Below, piece after piece: positions 37,624 to 51,867 of a stretch of 64,000 nucleotides of DNA. A program made the translations under genes and the position numbers. The stretch lies in the NCBI RefSeq assembly GCF_001194135.2, contig NC_068991.1, positions 69,254,227 through 69,318,226 on the forward strand. Reading direction: 5' to 3'. The notes under the pieces were generated by a model that saw only the letters and a list, made by a program, of their open reading frames with translations, had not been told where the DNA came from and ran no database searches. Within the stretch, counting starts at the first letter, position 1, and each line of letters begins with the position of its first letter. Source of the DNA: Octopus bimaculoides (lineage: Eukaryota).

Positions 37624-38800
37624 GTTTCCGTCATGAGTGCTTTATCTTTTGGAACAAATGTGAGCTATAAACAGTTCATCACATTCTAAACTTCCTGCAG
37701 CCGTTCTTTAGATTCACAAAAGGCAGCGGGCATTATTCTTTTCATCAGGTAGTACTCGAATTTATTTCTGCCTTATATCCTCTCTCTGTCAGTAAGACAC
37801 CCAAAGTGAATGCTAGCATTGGTGTCTGTATGCACTTGTTGAAGAGGTGATTTTTGCTCTCCTTCAAATTTGTCTTTGTGCCTATACTTTGGTTCTCCGT
37901 CCAAGCGTTGGCCATTATGTAGCTGGTTGTAGTTGCATCGTACGAGAAGACAAATGACTCATATATACACATAAATATCTGAGCCATCTAAGGTGATACT
38001 TTTCTAGTGTGAATTCAAAAACAATAATGGTAGGTGGCTCGGCGGAGGATTTTAGTTTCCATGATCGGATCTATCCAGGAGAAAGGCAGCATTTTTCCGA
38101 GACACTAAGTTTTATAACATCATTCTCTTAATCTGTCATCATATTTATTCTCCATGACTCGCATCCATACATGAGAGTTGGAACACATACTGTTTGGTAA
38201 AGGAGAACATTGAATGGAGGCTACGATGATTCTGAAACCTTTCTAAGATCACAATGTGTATCTGAGATGTTTTAGAGACACCTCATTCAGTGTGCATCTG
38301 TTGGAAGTGAAATGTCCCTGAATTTGTGTATCTGAAGTGGAGAAGGTTCGCAATTTGTTACTGTTTCACTGATAATAAGGAGAAAAGTAAAACGTGTAAG
38401 TTTGCCTTCAGCAGATAATCTAAGTTCAATTGTCAATACTTTCTCTTTTAAATTTTAATGGCAGCAGATACAATGACTCATAGGACTACCATGGCGTCAT
38501 TTCTTAGAGTAAGGTTTTCAGCATATTGTAGCTCAAAAACTATTCACATTTATAAACACAGAAGGTCTCTAGTGACTCCTCCAGATGACTGCGAGCATAG
38601 TTGCAAGATCTTTGTTAAAAAATATGTTTATCTTTATTGATAATGGATAATATAAGACTGAAAAGAATCGAGACTTGAAAAGATTAGTCCTTGAAATACC
38701 TACATACCTATGTCAGCTATTATTCCTTATAGTTCACTGCTTTTACATGGCTTCCCAGCGATTGAATCCTATGCAGTTTGATGCTCATCAAAGAAATACA
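37624..38800 (-). mobile_element. Older, heavily decayed RTE-clade LINE (RT C-terminal half to 3' end)
   Basis: Collinear minus-strand motifs across frameshifts: A*DSI../EAM*KAV (about 38730-38780), ELQYAEN (YADD-like, 38514-38534), LLYQTVCVPTLMYGCESW (about 38152-38205), SWIDPIMETKILRRA, KYHLRWL, NQLHNGQRLDGEPKYRHKDKF (about 37865-37925) and ECDELFYSSHLF (Zn-finger-like remnant). It abuts the (TTA)n tract. The 5' boundary is uncertain. Confidence 0.8.
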
Positions 38801-40815
38801 AGTGTGAGAAGTGCGAAGACACTTGTAAATATGGCATTTGGAAATGTGGATTAACTTCCATTGACTGAGATTAGCATTTCAGGCTGTATAAGACTCCGAT
38901 ATTATGTTGCAACTCTTTATCAGTGATAACTTTGAGTAAATGTTTAAGAAAGGGGAGGACATTCGTAACATCTTCATATAAGTGTATTTGGTAAGACGTT
39001 ACAACCTGATCAGTGTTGTATAGAATGAAGGTTTTTTTTCAATACATAATTAGATTCCGTGATTCTTCGAGTCTTTTAGAGAGGAGATGATGAAGAAATT
39101 TGTAACGGTGTATTTGTATTTTGAAGAAATGCAATACGGATTAACCACAGACAGATGTAACGTTGCTTGGATGTCCTTAACGTTAAATAGTTTCCAGAGA
39201 GCAAGATAGTTACCTTTTTAAAAGTTCTGAAAAATCATTTTATTAGTTCATATGAAAGCTTTCTTCTCAGTGTTGTCTTACGGATGGCCGCTGAATAATA
39301 AAAATGATGCTAATGTAGAAACCTTTCAGACGTTTAGGATCGTAATATCTGGTGTGTTGAGAGTTAATAAGATATTTTGATAGTGACTGCGACATTCTGC
39401 ACTCATATCACTCTACTTCAACTAGATTTCTTCATCAACTGCATCATTATCATACCCATTACAACATAATGATGATGGTGACAACGACACCGACGACGAC
39501 GATTATCATCATAACCATGATCATCATCCTCATCATCGTCGTCGTCATCATCATCTCTTCCTCACCATCGTCATCATCAGTAGCATATCCCGATAACGTT
39601 TGATGTCTTTTGAGACAAATGGAAACCAATTTTTCTCCAAACAAGCTAAATTAACTTCAGTATACTTTCTGACATATTTTCACTCTTATTAGTCTTTGGC
39701 GAAGATTCAACTTATTTTTCTCATGCTAATTAAGCACACAATTTAGATGTGACGATTCTCTCTACCAAAAATTCCTAATGCGCATAATTCACTCTTATCT
39801 ATTTAGAAGTTATTACCTCAACCAAATCGCGTTTGACTATTGAAGACACCTGATACCTCTTCTGTGATACATGCGATATATTTGCCAAAACATTGCAGCA
39901 TTTTAAAAAGGTCACAAGCTATTATCATTCGTAGCATGCGGTGTAGGTTCAATTTCAATTTTTCCTTGAAGCATTTCAGCTTGAAGTGTTTGTAATAATT
40001 TTCTCGAAGTATAGTATTTCTACTAATCCATGTCCCTGTGATATATAAATCATAATTAATAATTTGGATAGGGAGAGTCTTCTCACACACTCAACGATAT
40101 TAGTGTACAAGCATTTTATGTACTAATACGCAAGAATTTAATAGCTTTTGAAAGTTTATGTCATGTGATATAATCATTATCATTTCAATGGAAATCATAT
40201 GGCACTTTGAACGGAAATATATATACTGTATTGAATTCTTATGCCAAGAAATAATATCAAATGATGGTAAGAATACTTCTAGGTGAAAAATACGATTTTC
40301 TGTGTGCATGATCCAATGACACAATGACTGGAAACATCTTATCGGGAAACAAGAATTTAAAGTACACCAGATTCTTTATCTGTTGAATTATATAACTTAC
40401 TCTCCCACAGTAAAATGGAAACTCAGTTTAATAAGTAGTTAAGAACCTTTGCATGGATACTAAAGATTGTTCGTTTCATTCTGACATGAGAAAAGGCTCC
40501 ATCAGGAAATGGTTTCAAGATCTAAATACATTTTTTGAACAGTTGCAATGAATCCAATTCCAATGATAATGCAGCTTTCACGCCTTTCTTCTTGTGAACA
40601 TAAATGGAATGATTGAAATATCTAAAATGCTTAAAGTCCGTTACTCGTTGCTCTACTTGTTGGTTTACAATACAAATAATCGCGGACAAGAGAAGTAGAC
40701 ATGCTAATGAGTAAGCCTTTTATGTAATCTCTTGACGTGCTAGATATAATAAAGCAATTCAACCAAATCACATTCTACTGTCTTTAAAATGATTAGAAGC
40801 AAAATTTCAGATGAA

Positions 40816-40940
40816 TTTGTCCCGCTGCACCGCTTGACAACCGTTGTTGGTGTGTTCAGCTGTTGTTCGGCAAAATTGACCGAGAGAGTTAGAACGAGGC
40901 TTTACAAAAGAATAAATACTTGAGCTGATACACTCAACTA
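40816..40940 (+). mobile_element. SINE family A body fragment, degenerate
   Basis: tttgtcccgctgcaccgcttgacaaccgttgttggtgtgtt...ttcggcaaaattgaccgag...aggctttacaaaagaataa matches the family A body. Confidence 0.75.
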
Positions 40941-41552
40941 CAAAACAAACAAAAAAAAATCTTCTAGGAGTTGCTGACACCGGGAATGGGCGCACGATAG
41001 TGACTGAAACGAGCAAAAATAAACAAAAAAAAAAGGGAGAGAAAAGGAGGCCCTAACCAAAGTGTAGATAATCCTTTTTAATTCCAGAGACTAAAAGGAA
41101 GAGTAGACACAGTTATATCTGATATTAATTGCAACAATAGGGTCAGGTACTGAGTCCGTAATTCTATAAATTCATAGAAATGCAACTTGTATAATAATCC
41201 TGTCTTTGATTTCAAAGCAAAGATGATTTCATTTACATATGATGTATGTTGAAAATTTAATCGGTGTGACGATTCAGATTTAAGTGCGGACGAAGATGTC
41301 ATGAGACGTGCAGTCCAGTACACCGATTCTAAATCGTCATTTGATCTACCAAAAGCAGTAGTGAAAACATTCTGGAGTTCAATTATAGTAATTAAAATCA
41401 TTCACTATCCCCCACCATAAAGGAACAAGATGACACTTCAGATAATAAATGTTTGCCTAATTAAGTTCTCCTAAGAATTAATGAACGGTTGGTCTCGTTT
41501 TAAACCTCTTTAATTATAAGACAACTAAGTACCTGTTTTTAAGGGTATATGC

Positions 41553-41592
<40 letters not shown>

Positions 41593-42057
41593 NNNNNNNN
41601 NNNNNNNNNNNNNNNNNNNNNNNNNNNNNNNNNNNNNNNNNNNNNNNNNNNNNNNNNNNNNNNNNNNNNNNNNNNNNNNNNNNNNNNNNNNNNNNNNNNN
41701 NNNNNNNNNNNNNNNNNNNNNNNNNNNNNNNNNNNNNNNNNNNNNNNNNNNNNNNNNNNNNNNNNNNNNNNNNNNNNNNNNNNNNNNNNNNNNNNNNNNN
41801 NNNNNNNNNNNNNNNNNNNNNNNNNNNNNNNNNNNNNNNNNNNNNNNNNNNNNNNNNNNNNNNNNNNNNNNNNNNNNNNNNNNNNNNNNNNNNNNNNNNN
41901 NNNNNNNNNNNNNNNNNNNNNNNNNNNNNNNNNNNNNNNNNNNNNNNNNNNNNNNNNNNNNNNNNNNNNNNNNNNNNNNNNNNNNNNNNNNNNNNNNNNN
42001 NNNNNNNNNNNNNNNNNNNNNNNNNNNNNNNNNNNNNNNNNNNNNNNNNNNNNNNNN

Positions 42058-42155
42058 TCCAACCAACCAACCAGCCAACCAACCAACCAAGGAACGAACC
42101 AACCAGCCAACCGACCGACCGACCAGCCCACCAACCAGTCAACCAACAAACCAAC
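42058..42155. repeat. Degenerate (AACC)n tetranucleotide tract
   Basis: aaccaaccaaccagccaacc... directly visible. Confidence 0.9.
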
Positions 42156-42676
42156 GATTCCACCATCACCTCTGCAACTTTCACTTCTGTCACCACCAAC
42201 ATAAACACAACCCTTACGGCTCTCCGTTTCCAACATGAAACAAAAAAAATATAAAATTAAATAACATAAAGTAGAAGAAAAGTAACAACAAAGACAAACA
42301 AGTATGCAAGGGTAAAAAAAAAAACAATAAAGACAGGAACGTCCATATTGGATTTTGAATTTTATATTTTGTTTCGTTCTAGTTTAATTATTTTCCTTCC
42401 GTTCGTTGAAGAATTATTTTTTTGTAGTATTTAATTTTATTAACTCCCCTCCCGCCAGCTAATGACCTTAAGTGTCAATAATATTAAAATGTTATTAATT
42501 TCAACTATTTTAATCATAATCATTTGATATTTGCTGACAAAGCCATTTTATTTCAGTTCAGCTTTAATTCATTCATCATTTATTCAGTTAATTATTTATT
42601 TAGTAATTATTTAGTTTGTTATACATTTTATTTATATATTTATTTTGTTTGCACTTATCGTATTTATTATTGTCAC

Positions 42677-42677
<1 letters not shown>

Positions 42678-42737
<60 letters not shown>
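42678..42737. repeat. (TAT)n microsatellite
   Basis: About 20 units. Confidence 0.95.
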
Positions 42738-44343
42738 GCCGTATTTGTTACCATTTTTTAAAAANNNNNNNNNNNNNNNNNNNNNNNNNNNNNNNNNNNN
42801 NNNNNNNNNNNNNNNNNNNNNNNNNNNNNNNNNNNNNNNNNNNNNNNNNNNNNNNNNNNNNNNNNNNNNNNNNNNNNNNNNNNNNNNNNNNNNNNNNNNN
42901 NNNNNNNNNNNNNNNNNNNNNNNNNNNNNNNNNNNNNNNNNNNNNNNNNNNNNNNNNNNNNNNNNNNNNNNNNNNNNNNNNNNNNNNNNNNNNNNNNNNN
43001 NNNNNNNNNNNNNNNNNNNNNNNNNNNNNNNNNNNNNNNNNNNNNNNNNNNNNNNNNNNNNNNNNNNNNNNNNNNNNNNNNNNNNNNNNNNNNNNNNNNN
43101 NNNNNNNNNNNNNNNNNNNNNNNNNNNNNNNNNNNNNNNNNNNNNNNNNNNNNNNNNNNNNNNNNNNNNNNNNNNNNNNNNNNNNNNNNNNNNNNNNNNN
43201 NNNNNNNNNNNNNNNNNNNNNNNNNNNNNNNNNNNNNNNNNNNNNNNNNNNNNNNNNNNNNNNNNNNNNNNNNNNNNNNNNNNNNNNNNNNNNNNNNNNN
43301 NNNNNNNNNNNNNNNNNNNNNNNNNNNNNNNNNNNNNNNNNNNNNNNNNNNNNNNNNNNNNNNNNNNNNNNNNNNNNNNNNNNNNNNNNNNNNNNNNNNN
43401 NNNNNNNNNNNNNNNNNNNNNNNNNNNNATATATGTATATATATATATATGGATGAATGTATATATTCATATATACGCAGTCTGCAAATACTCGCACGCT
43501 ATGACAAAACTATGATAATACACACATGCGGAGACAAAGGGGATCATACGCATTAACGATACCAAAATACAATGAAAGTCAGTCAGACACACACGCATAC
43601 ATAAATACAGACATTCATATCGCACACATACGTGCAAAAAAACAAAAATAAAAATTCATATATATATATACATACATAGACGGAAACAGACGCACACGCA
43701 GCGCAGTAGCAAAAACTACAAGTATCACAACAGCAACAACAACAACAGCAACAATAATAATCACAAAACAGAAAGAATTCATAATTACAAGCCTGTTTAC
43801 ATTGACAAGTATTACCTGTTTTGGAAATAGCTAATAAACTGTAAATTATCGATTCTAAATCAATAATCACTCAGAATGAATTAAACTCATTTTGTAATAT
43901 TTTTTTTAAACATAATATTTATATTTTGCTTCATATTGTTATTTTTTAATTATTATATAATGGCTAACTTGCTTCGGCTTCATTTAATTCTCATTAATTG
44001 ACACCAGTATATAAAATGAAATAAATAAAAATAAAAATAACTTGAAATAAAGGAAAAAAATCTATCAGAAAACATTCAATACAATGATATTGTATCATTG
44101 ATCTTCTGTTGATATTATTGATACTATTATCATAGTTGTTTTTGTTTTTGTTTATCAATAACAAAGAGCTCAGCATAGATTCATTTATTTATTTATTTAT
44201 TTTTCATAGTACCAACATCACGATTAGTGATCTGAAATTGTGCAGCATTTATAGACAGTCAAGTGATGGCTACAAATACTAAGTATATATTTGTCTTGCT
44301 AAGCATAGAAATGCGCATATATATATATATATATGTATGTGTG

Positions 44344-44838
<495 letters not shown>

Positions 44839-45184
44839 TATTTGTGGCCGCGGGATTGTTTTGAGGAATGACGTTCACCTAGCAAACTTTTGGATCAAGG
44901 TAGGATTTCATAGTATGGTCCGTTGCGCAGATGTTAATCCTGTTCAATTTCCACCAATGCGTGTTCATATGGGGTTCTGCCCAGACGCATATAGAACGTT
45001 TTGTGAACTTATGAGAGGATAGAGCGGCAAGCGAATCGATATTAAGCCGTGTCGATTTCGTAAGAGCGTCCGACAGACATGCACAAGCGTAACGATACAG
45101 ATTAATACGCTTGTACACACACATATATTCCCGTCGAACTACAGAAACATATACACACATATTTAGGCATATATCTCTTTACAC

Positions 45185-45585
45185 TTTTTACTTGTTTCAG
45201 TTATTTGACTGCGGCCATGCTGGAGCACCGCCTTCAGTCGAGCAAATCGACCCCAGGACTTATTCTTTGGAAGCCTAGTACTTATTCTATCGGGTCTCTT
45301 TTGCCGAACCGCTATGATACGTGGACGTAAACACACCAGCATCGGTTGTCAAGCGATGTTGGAGGGACAAACACAGACATACACACATATACATAAACAT
45401 ACATATATATATACATGTATATGACGGGCTTCTTTCAGTTTCCGTCTTCCAAATCCACCCACAAGGCTTTGCTCGGCCTGAGGCTTTAGTAGAAGACACT
45501 CGCCCAAGGTGCCACGCAGTGGGAATGAACCCGGAACCATGTGGTTGGTAAGCAAGCTACTTACCACACAGCCACTCCTACACAT
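45185..45585 (-). mobile_element. SINE family A, full length, young
   Basis: Complete tail-body-microsatellite-CORE-like-tRNA head order, with few differences from the 53446 copy. Confidence 0.92.
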
Positions 45586-45936
45586 GTATACATAAACTCA
45601 CATTTGTGATATATGATATATATACATATATATATACACACACATGCACACGACACATACATATATAGATACTCACATATATATGAAAATCTCTCTCATT
45701 CTCTCTCTTCGTGTATGGTGAAATGTGTAAAGCATTATACCTGCTCAGTGTCTTCTCCTAGCGGACTGCTATTTGTTTTTCTAGTTGTCTTGCTTTCCTC
45801 GGTAGGAAATGGCGAAAATATATTTTTACTCCATGATAACTGCAATAATGTTCATATATACAGTTAGTTGGAAAGTGTGAGAGAGAGAGAGAGAGAGAGA
45901 GAGACCACACACATACACATATGCACACATATTTAA

Positions 45937-46393
45937 ATTTTACTTGTTTCCGTCACTTGACTGCGGCCATGTTGGAGCACAGCCTTTAGTCGAACACATC
46001 GCTAGGACGTAAACTCGCCAACATCTGTTGCCAAGCGATGGTGGAAGGACAAACACAAACATACACACATACACACACACGCACGCACGCACACACACAC
46101 ACACACATACATATATCTTTTGCCGAACCGCTAAGTTACGGGGACGTGAACACACCAATATCGGTTGTCAAGCGATGGAGGAGGGGGGCAAACACAGATA
46201 CACAAACATACACACACACATATACATACACGACGGATTTCTTTCAGTTTCCGTCTACTAATTCCACTCACAAAGCTTTGGACGGCCCAAGGCTATAGTA
46301 GAAACACTTGCCCAAAGTGTCATTCAGTGGGACTTAACCCGGGATCATGTGGTTGGCAAGTAATCTACTTACCACACAGCCACACCTCTACCT
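45937..46393 (-). mobile_element. SINE family A, rearranged (internal deletion plus duplicated central segment)
   Basis: Tail (45937-46000) jumps to ggacgtaaac...aagcgatgg...gacaaacac, then (CA)n, then a second cttttgccgaaccgctaagttacggggacg...aagcgatgg, then the head. Confidence 0.85.
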
Positions 46394-48771
46394 GAATTCT
46401 TTCTTCATTCGGATTCACATGGCTTTACATACACTAGCTAACGATTGACAATTACTAGAATACTAGCGAATTCAACCTTGATGTACACCTGATACTGAAA
46501 AGTATAGTTGTAGATATCATAAAAGATAGGATGTCCATCTGTGCAAAAACTTTGATCTCGAGAATGGTTCACAAAATTAAAAACAAAAACTACAGCTACT
46601 ACTATTTGCCTTATTACAATGTGTATTATGCAGTATTTCAAGATATGATTCTTCGAAGTGTAATCAGAGAATTTCTTAACCATTTGCATATTCTAGGAGC
46701 TATCCTTCTTTGTCACCAACTAATTACATAATCACCTGCTACGTTTAGTTGATAATTCTTAGTATTTGATTTTATTTTGTATATTTGACTTCTGATATAG
46801 ACCAGGCCATGTCAATTGTGTTTTTAATATTCTGCTTGCGCCGAATACGAAAGGTTGGTCTTTTTTTTATAGTTTTCTTCCGAAGCGTGTCACTTCCCGA
46901 GAGTCTATAGGCTGCCTATGCATTACTAATGACAGCCAGTGGGGAACCATCTTAAATACTTAGAAACTGTCAAAGATTCTGTGTCCTGTAACAATATTGT
47001 ACTACTGGTATTTAACAATGTCTTTTCTATTTAGTAAAGCACCTCTGCGACGCCTTTTGTAATGTCTGTAGATACAGCTGTATAGCGGTCTAATAGAAAA
47101 TTACTTCACTTACATATGCATCAATGTGGTGGTTTAAATCTGTAGGATTACGTATCTGAGATTATTTTATGAATTCTGTGTGACAATGCATTGGCATTTC
47201 TTTGTTATTCAGTTTGTTTATATGATGCGCGTGCGTGCAGAATATGCAAGTAGAGTCTTTAATGTATGAATATTATAATGTTTGTTATGTATGAGTAGTT
47301 GAACACATCGATTCTTGTAATACCAGCAGTGATGTTTCTTTTGGATTTTGTCATGTCAGACGAAATCGAGCATCAGAATATGGATATTTGAAAAGTATTA
47401 GTTAAGTCTGATCACAAATGCATTTACCTTATCTACCGTACGCCATTTTTTATATTTACTTAAGCTTATTCCACAAAACATTTCAGTTTTAAACTGCTCG
47501 TAATTACCAATACAACTTTCAATCTCCAACTCTTTTTCTTTCTTTTCCATTCAGATACTATCGCACGCATACAAAAACCAACGCATTCACACATAAATAT
47601 ATATATGTGTACATGTATTTCTTGAACCTATACCTATTGTTATATGTATATAAATATGAGTAGAAATTGGCATTTTATGATCTTTCCGTGGATGATAGCT
47701 TTAAAATGTTGCTTGTTTCTCATAAACTATCATTTTGTTGTTGAATAGAATTTGACATAAACAGTTTTGTGCAGTAAAATTTATTACCTCTTCACGGTCA
47801 TACAGGGACCTCTAAATAAATTTATATACATACGTACATACACAAGCACACAGATATACGTATATAAACTCATATATGTAAGTATGTAGATAAACACATA
47901 CATATATACATACCAATACCTATATATATATACGTACGCATGTATATATATGTCGATGTATGTATGTATATGTATGCATATGTATATGTTTATATGTGTA
48001 TATATATATGTACACACATATATATATATATACACATACACGAAAATGTGTGTACGTACAATCACAAAAGGTAAAAATAGAAAGAAGACAATTCAAAGTA
48101 GATGAGTTTCTCTGAATCTCAATTAACTTCGAAATTACCATAAACTATACAAACAAAAGCACTTCAATAAGATTTACATTTACGATTCACCTTAAAGCAG
48201 GAACGCTATTGATTTTTTCAGGGCAACAGATATGTTCCCCGCGCACTTTCTCTCCCCCTCTCTCTCTCTCTCTCTCGTTCTATCTCTCTCTCTCTCATTC
48301 TCTCTCTCTCTCTGCATATACATAACGTATATANNNNNNNNNNNNNNNNNNNNNNNNNNNNNNNNNNNNNNNNNNNNNNNNNNNNNNNNNNNNNNNNNNN
48401 NNNNNNNNNNNNNNNNNNNNNNNNNNNNNNNNNNNNNNNNNNNNNNNNNNNNNNNNNNNNNNNNNNNNNNNNNNNNNNNNNNNNNNNNNNNNNNNNNNNN
48501 NNNNNNNNNNNNNNNNNNNNNNNNNNNNNNNNNNNNNNNNNNNNNNNNNNNNNNNNNNNNNNNNNNNNNNNNNNNNNNNNNNNNNNNNNNNNNNNNNNNN
48601 NNNNNNNNNNNNNNNNNNNNNNNNNNNNNNNNNNNNNNNNNNNNNNNNNNNNNNNNNNNNNNNNNNNNNNNNNNNNNNNNNNNNNNNNNNNNNNNNNNNN
48701 NNNNNNNNNNNNNNNNNNNNNNNNNNNNNNNNNNNNNNNNNNNNNNNNNNNNNNNNNNNNNNNNNNNNNNN

Positions 48772-48812
<41 letters not shown>

Positions 48813-49098
48813 TCTATGTATATACTCTTCATTTATCTCTCTGTTTCTCCGTCACATGACCGTTCTTTCTGTGTGCGTTGGGTGAAGAAAGGGTACAGAA
48901 TAGTGAGGCGACTAAACCGAATCCAGTACCATAATGTAAATTTATAATATTTCTAAATCCAGGCTAATGAGAAAGTAATTGTAACGTCAATAGATTCGCT
49001 AGAAATAACAATGAAATCGCAACCGTCTTCAAAATAAAGGATATGTATGTTATGGTGGTCGATATAGTTTTTGCGTAAAAGAGAAATGGATTGTCATA

Positions 49099-49211
49099 AG
49101 GTGCAGGTGTGGCTGTGTGGGAAGTTACCAACCACATGTTCCTGGGTTCAGTCCCACTGCGTGTCACACTGAGCGAGTGTCTTCTACTATAGCCTCGAGC
49201 CAACGAAAGCC
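49099..49211 (+). mobile_element. SINE family A, head fragment
   Basis: aggtgcaggtgtggctgtgtgg...gggttcagtcccactgcgtg...gagtgtcttctactatagcctcgagcc. Confidence 0.85.
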
Positions 49212-49270
49212 CTTTTATTTAAATGTGTTTTCCCACGGATCCCTTTTAATATGCTTATCTTTATGTATAT

Positions 49271-49491
49271 TCTTTTATTCTTTTATTTGTTTAGGGTTAT
49301 TTGACTACGGTCATGCTGGAGCACCACCTTTACTACAGCAAATCGACCTGAGAACCTATTCTTTGTAAGCGTAGCACTTATTCAACCGGGCTCTTGTGCT
49401 GAACCGCAACGATACGGGGACCTAAACACACCAACATCGTTTGTCAATCGACGGTGGATGGAAAAACAAAGACACAGACACACACACGCAT

Positions 49492-49530
<39 letters not shown>
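49271..49530 (-). mobile_element. SINE family A, degenerate 3' half
   Basis: atttgactacggtcatgctggagcaccacc...aaatcgacc...aaacacaccaacatcg, then (CA)n. Confidence 0.8.
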
Positions 49531-49532
<2 letters not shown>

Positions 49533-50401
49533 GACATATATGGTCGCTCATCTTTGTTCCACTTCCTCCCTCTACCACTCCTCATTGCTCACATGTGACC
49601 GTTGGTCATTCTTCCTTTCTCACCCCAGCCATCATAAAGGTCACCTGCCTTATCTTCGAAACGCCTAGTTTTAGAATAGAGGCAGCTGATGAAGGAATAA
49701 TTCCATAAGTGGCTTGTATATTTTCCTATGTGTTCGTTCTGTTATCTGTAAACAAAGTCCGTTTTGTTTTTATGTCCCCGTTTATTTTTCTAACGTCCTG
49801 TACCCGGATATGCATCTATATATACATGTAGATGTAGGTATGTACATATATGTATGTATACATGCATATGCTCATATATCATTTGTATTATATATATATA
49901 TATNNNNNNNNNNNNNNNNNNNNNNNNNNNNNNNNNNNNNNNNNNNNNNNNNNNNNNNNNNNNNNNNNNNNNNNNNNNNNNNNNNNNNNNNNNNNNNNNN
50001 NNNNNNNNNNNNNNNNNNNNNNNNNNNNNNNNNNNNNNNNNNNNNNNNNNNNNNNNNNNNNNNNNNNNNNNNNNNNNNNNNNNNNNNNNNNNNNNNNNNN
50101 NNNNNNNNNNNNNNNNNNNNNNNNNNNNNNNNNNNNNNNNNNNNNNNNNNNNNNNNNNNNNNNNNNNNNNNNNNNNNNNNNNNNNNNNNNNNNNNNNNNN
50201 NNNNNNNNNNNNNNNNNNNNNNNNNNNNNNNNNNNNNNNNNNNNNNNNNNNNNATGAAATTTTGAATTTAGTTCATGGACCCCAGTTCTATCTTTGCATA
50301 CCACCAGTTTGGGAATCAACCTCGACAGAATTTGATCTTAGAACATAAAGATTTTGAGTTCTGCCTACTAACCACCTAAATACTATTACTATTTATATTT
50401 G

Positions 50402-50572
50402 TTTCTTTATTACCCACAAGGGGCTAAACATAGAGAGGACAAACAAAGGGATTAAGTCGATTACATCAAACCCAACGTGTAACTGGTACTTATTTAATCA
50501 ACCCCGAAAAGATGAAAGGTGGAATTTGAACTCAGAACATAACGGTAGACGAAATACCGTTAAGCATTTCGC
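50402..50572 (-). mobile_element. SINE family B (tail type as at 31286), with internal deletion and truncated head
   Basis: tttctttattacccacaaggggctaaacatagagaggacaaac...gtcgattacatc...ggaatttgaactcagaacataacggtagacgaaataccg. Confidence 0.85.
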
Positions 50573-50777
50573 ATATTCTACTCTAAGCACAAGGCCCGAA
50601 AATTTTTTGGGACGGGGCCAGTCGATTAAATCGACCCCAGTACGCAACTGATACTTAATTTATCGACCCCAAAAAGTTGAAAGTTGAAACCTCGGCGGAA
50701 TTTGAACTCAGAACATAAAGGCACACAAAATATCGTTAAGTATTTCGCCGGCGTGCTAATGATTCTGCCAGTTCGCC
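50573..50777 (-). mobile_element. SINE family B with alternative tail, near full length
   Basis: attctactctaagcacaaggcccgaaatt...gtcgattaaatcgaccccagtacgcaactg...cctcggcggaatttgaactcagaac...cgccggcgtgctaatgattctgccagttcgcc. Confidence 0.88.
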
Positions 50778-51665
50778 TCTTTGCATTTGTATTGTTAGCA
50801 AACAATTTATAGCGATAACCATTGTAAGTTCATTTACTCGGACGTTTGATATTTCAGAAAGAGTACCCAAACACCCCCGAATACACTTCCAAAATTACAA
50901 TGAGAAGATAATCTACAATGAAGTCGCTGACATACAAAGTGACAGGATGGTCGTAAATAAAATGCTTCAGTTATTTCAATGTAGACTAGCTTGAAACAAA
51001 ACATTTATGAAGTTAGTTGGTTTCAAGACATCATGGTTGCCACTGCAGCAGTGTATCCTAATATCTCAGGATTTGGTTTTGTATCTTTGGTATTGTAGAA
51101 TGATCTGGTTGTGTGTTTGCACCGAGCATGTTGATTCGTTCGTTGGTTTGACTGGTTGAGCTGAAGAATATAAGGAAAGAAATGTATAAAAACATATATT
51201 GTTGAAGCGAGAATTGCTTGGAAGTATATTTGTCTTAATAATTTTTCTATTATGCCATCTATAAACATCTTAGATAAATATATAGTGAGTTCCCTTTTCA
51301 ATACGGATGCACGAACACGTACAGACAAGAAGGCAGAAACGAACGCATTACCAAAGATATAGACAACCGGACACGTAGAGTTACTACGATATATATATAT
51401 ACAAACATGTGTGTGTGTTTGTGCGAGTGTACGTACGTGTGTGCGTGTGAGTGTGTACATACGTCTAGGGAAGGGCGCAAATGAGGGGTTTGTTATTGCA
51501 AAAATTATTACAGACCTTACAGCCATATGCACGTACGCCCTTAACAATGTATATGCAGCCATGCTGAAGCACACGAAATCTCATACACAATTTACTTGTG
51601 TGTATGCATACGTGTGTGCGTATTCGTGTACGAGCGTGGGAAAGGCCTAAATGTGTTTAAATATT

Positions 51666-51725
<60 letters not shown>

Positions 51726-51834
51726 TATTTTATATCAGAATGATGTTTAAATATTCAGCGATGAGTGCGTTTTATTGTTCCTGGCAAAACGCAGACACAC
51801 TGACACACAAAGACACATACATACGCACTCACGG

Positions 51835-51867
<33 letters not shown>

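Noticed and set aside
39853-40038. Minus-strand exon-like open frame (TWISRNTILRENYYKHF...CITEE)
   Set aside because: Splice signals are only moderate and no family is recognisable; cannot be supported without transcript data.
40380-40680. L2/CR1-like RT remnant (VEQRVTDFKHF) and an 80-nt minus-strand segment with good splice sites (40401-40480)
   Set aside because: Only one weak motif and no collinear RT motifs; the 80-nt segment has stops in all three frames.
44860-45060. LTR-retrotransposon or transposase fragment (FYMRLGRTPYEHALVEIE)
   Set aside because: No diagnostic motif could be confirmed and all frames except a featureless + ORF are interrupted.
49099-49530. Twin-priming 5' inversion of one SINE
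   Set aside because: The + head lies beyond the tail of the minus-strand body, which is the wrong geometry; two independent convergent fragments fit better.
51023-51144. Strong minus-strand splice acceptor (tttctttccttatattcttcag)
   Set aside because: All frames stop within about 125 nt, there is no good donor and no recognisable peptide.
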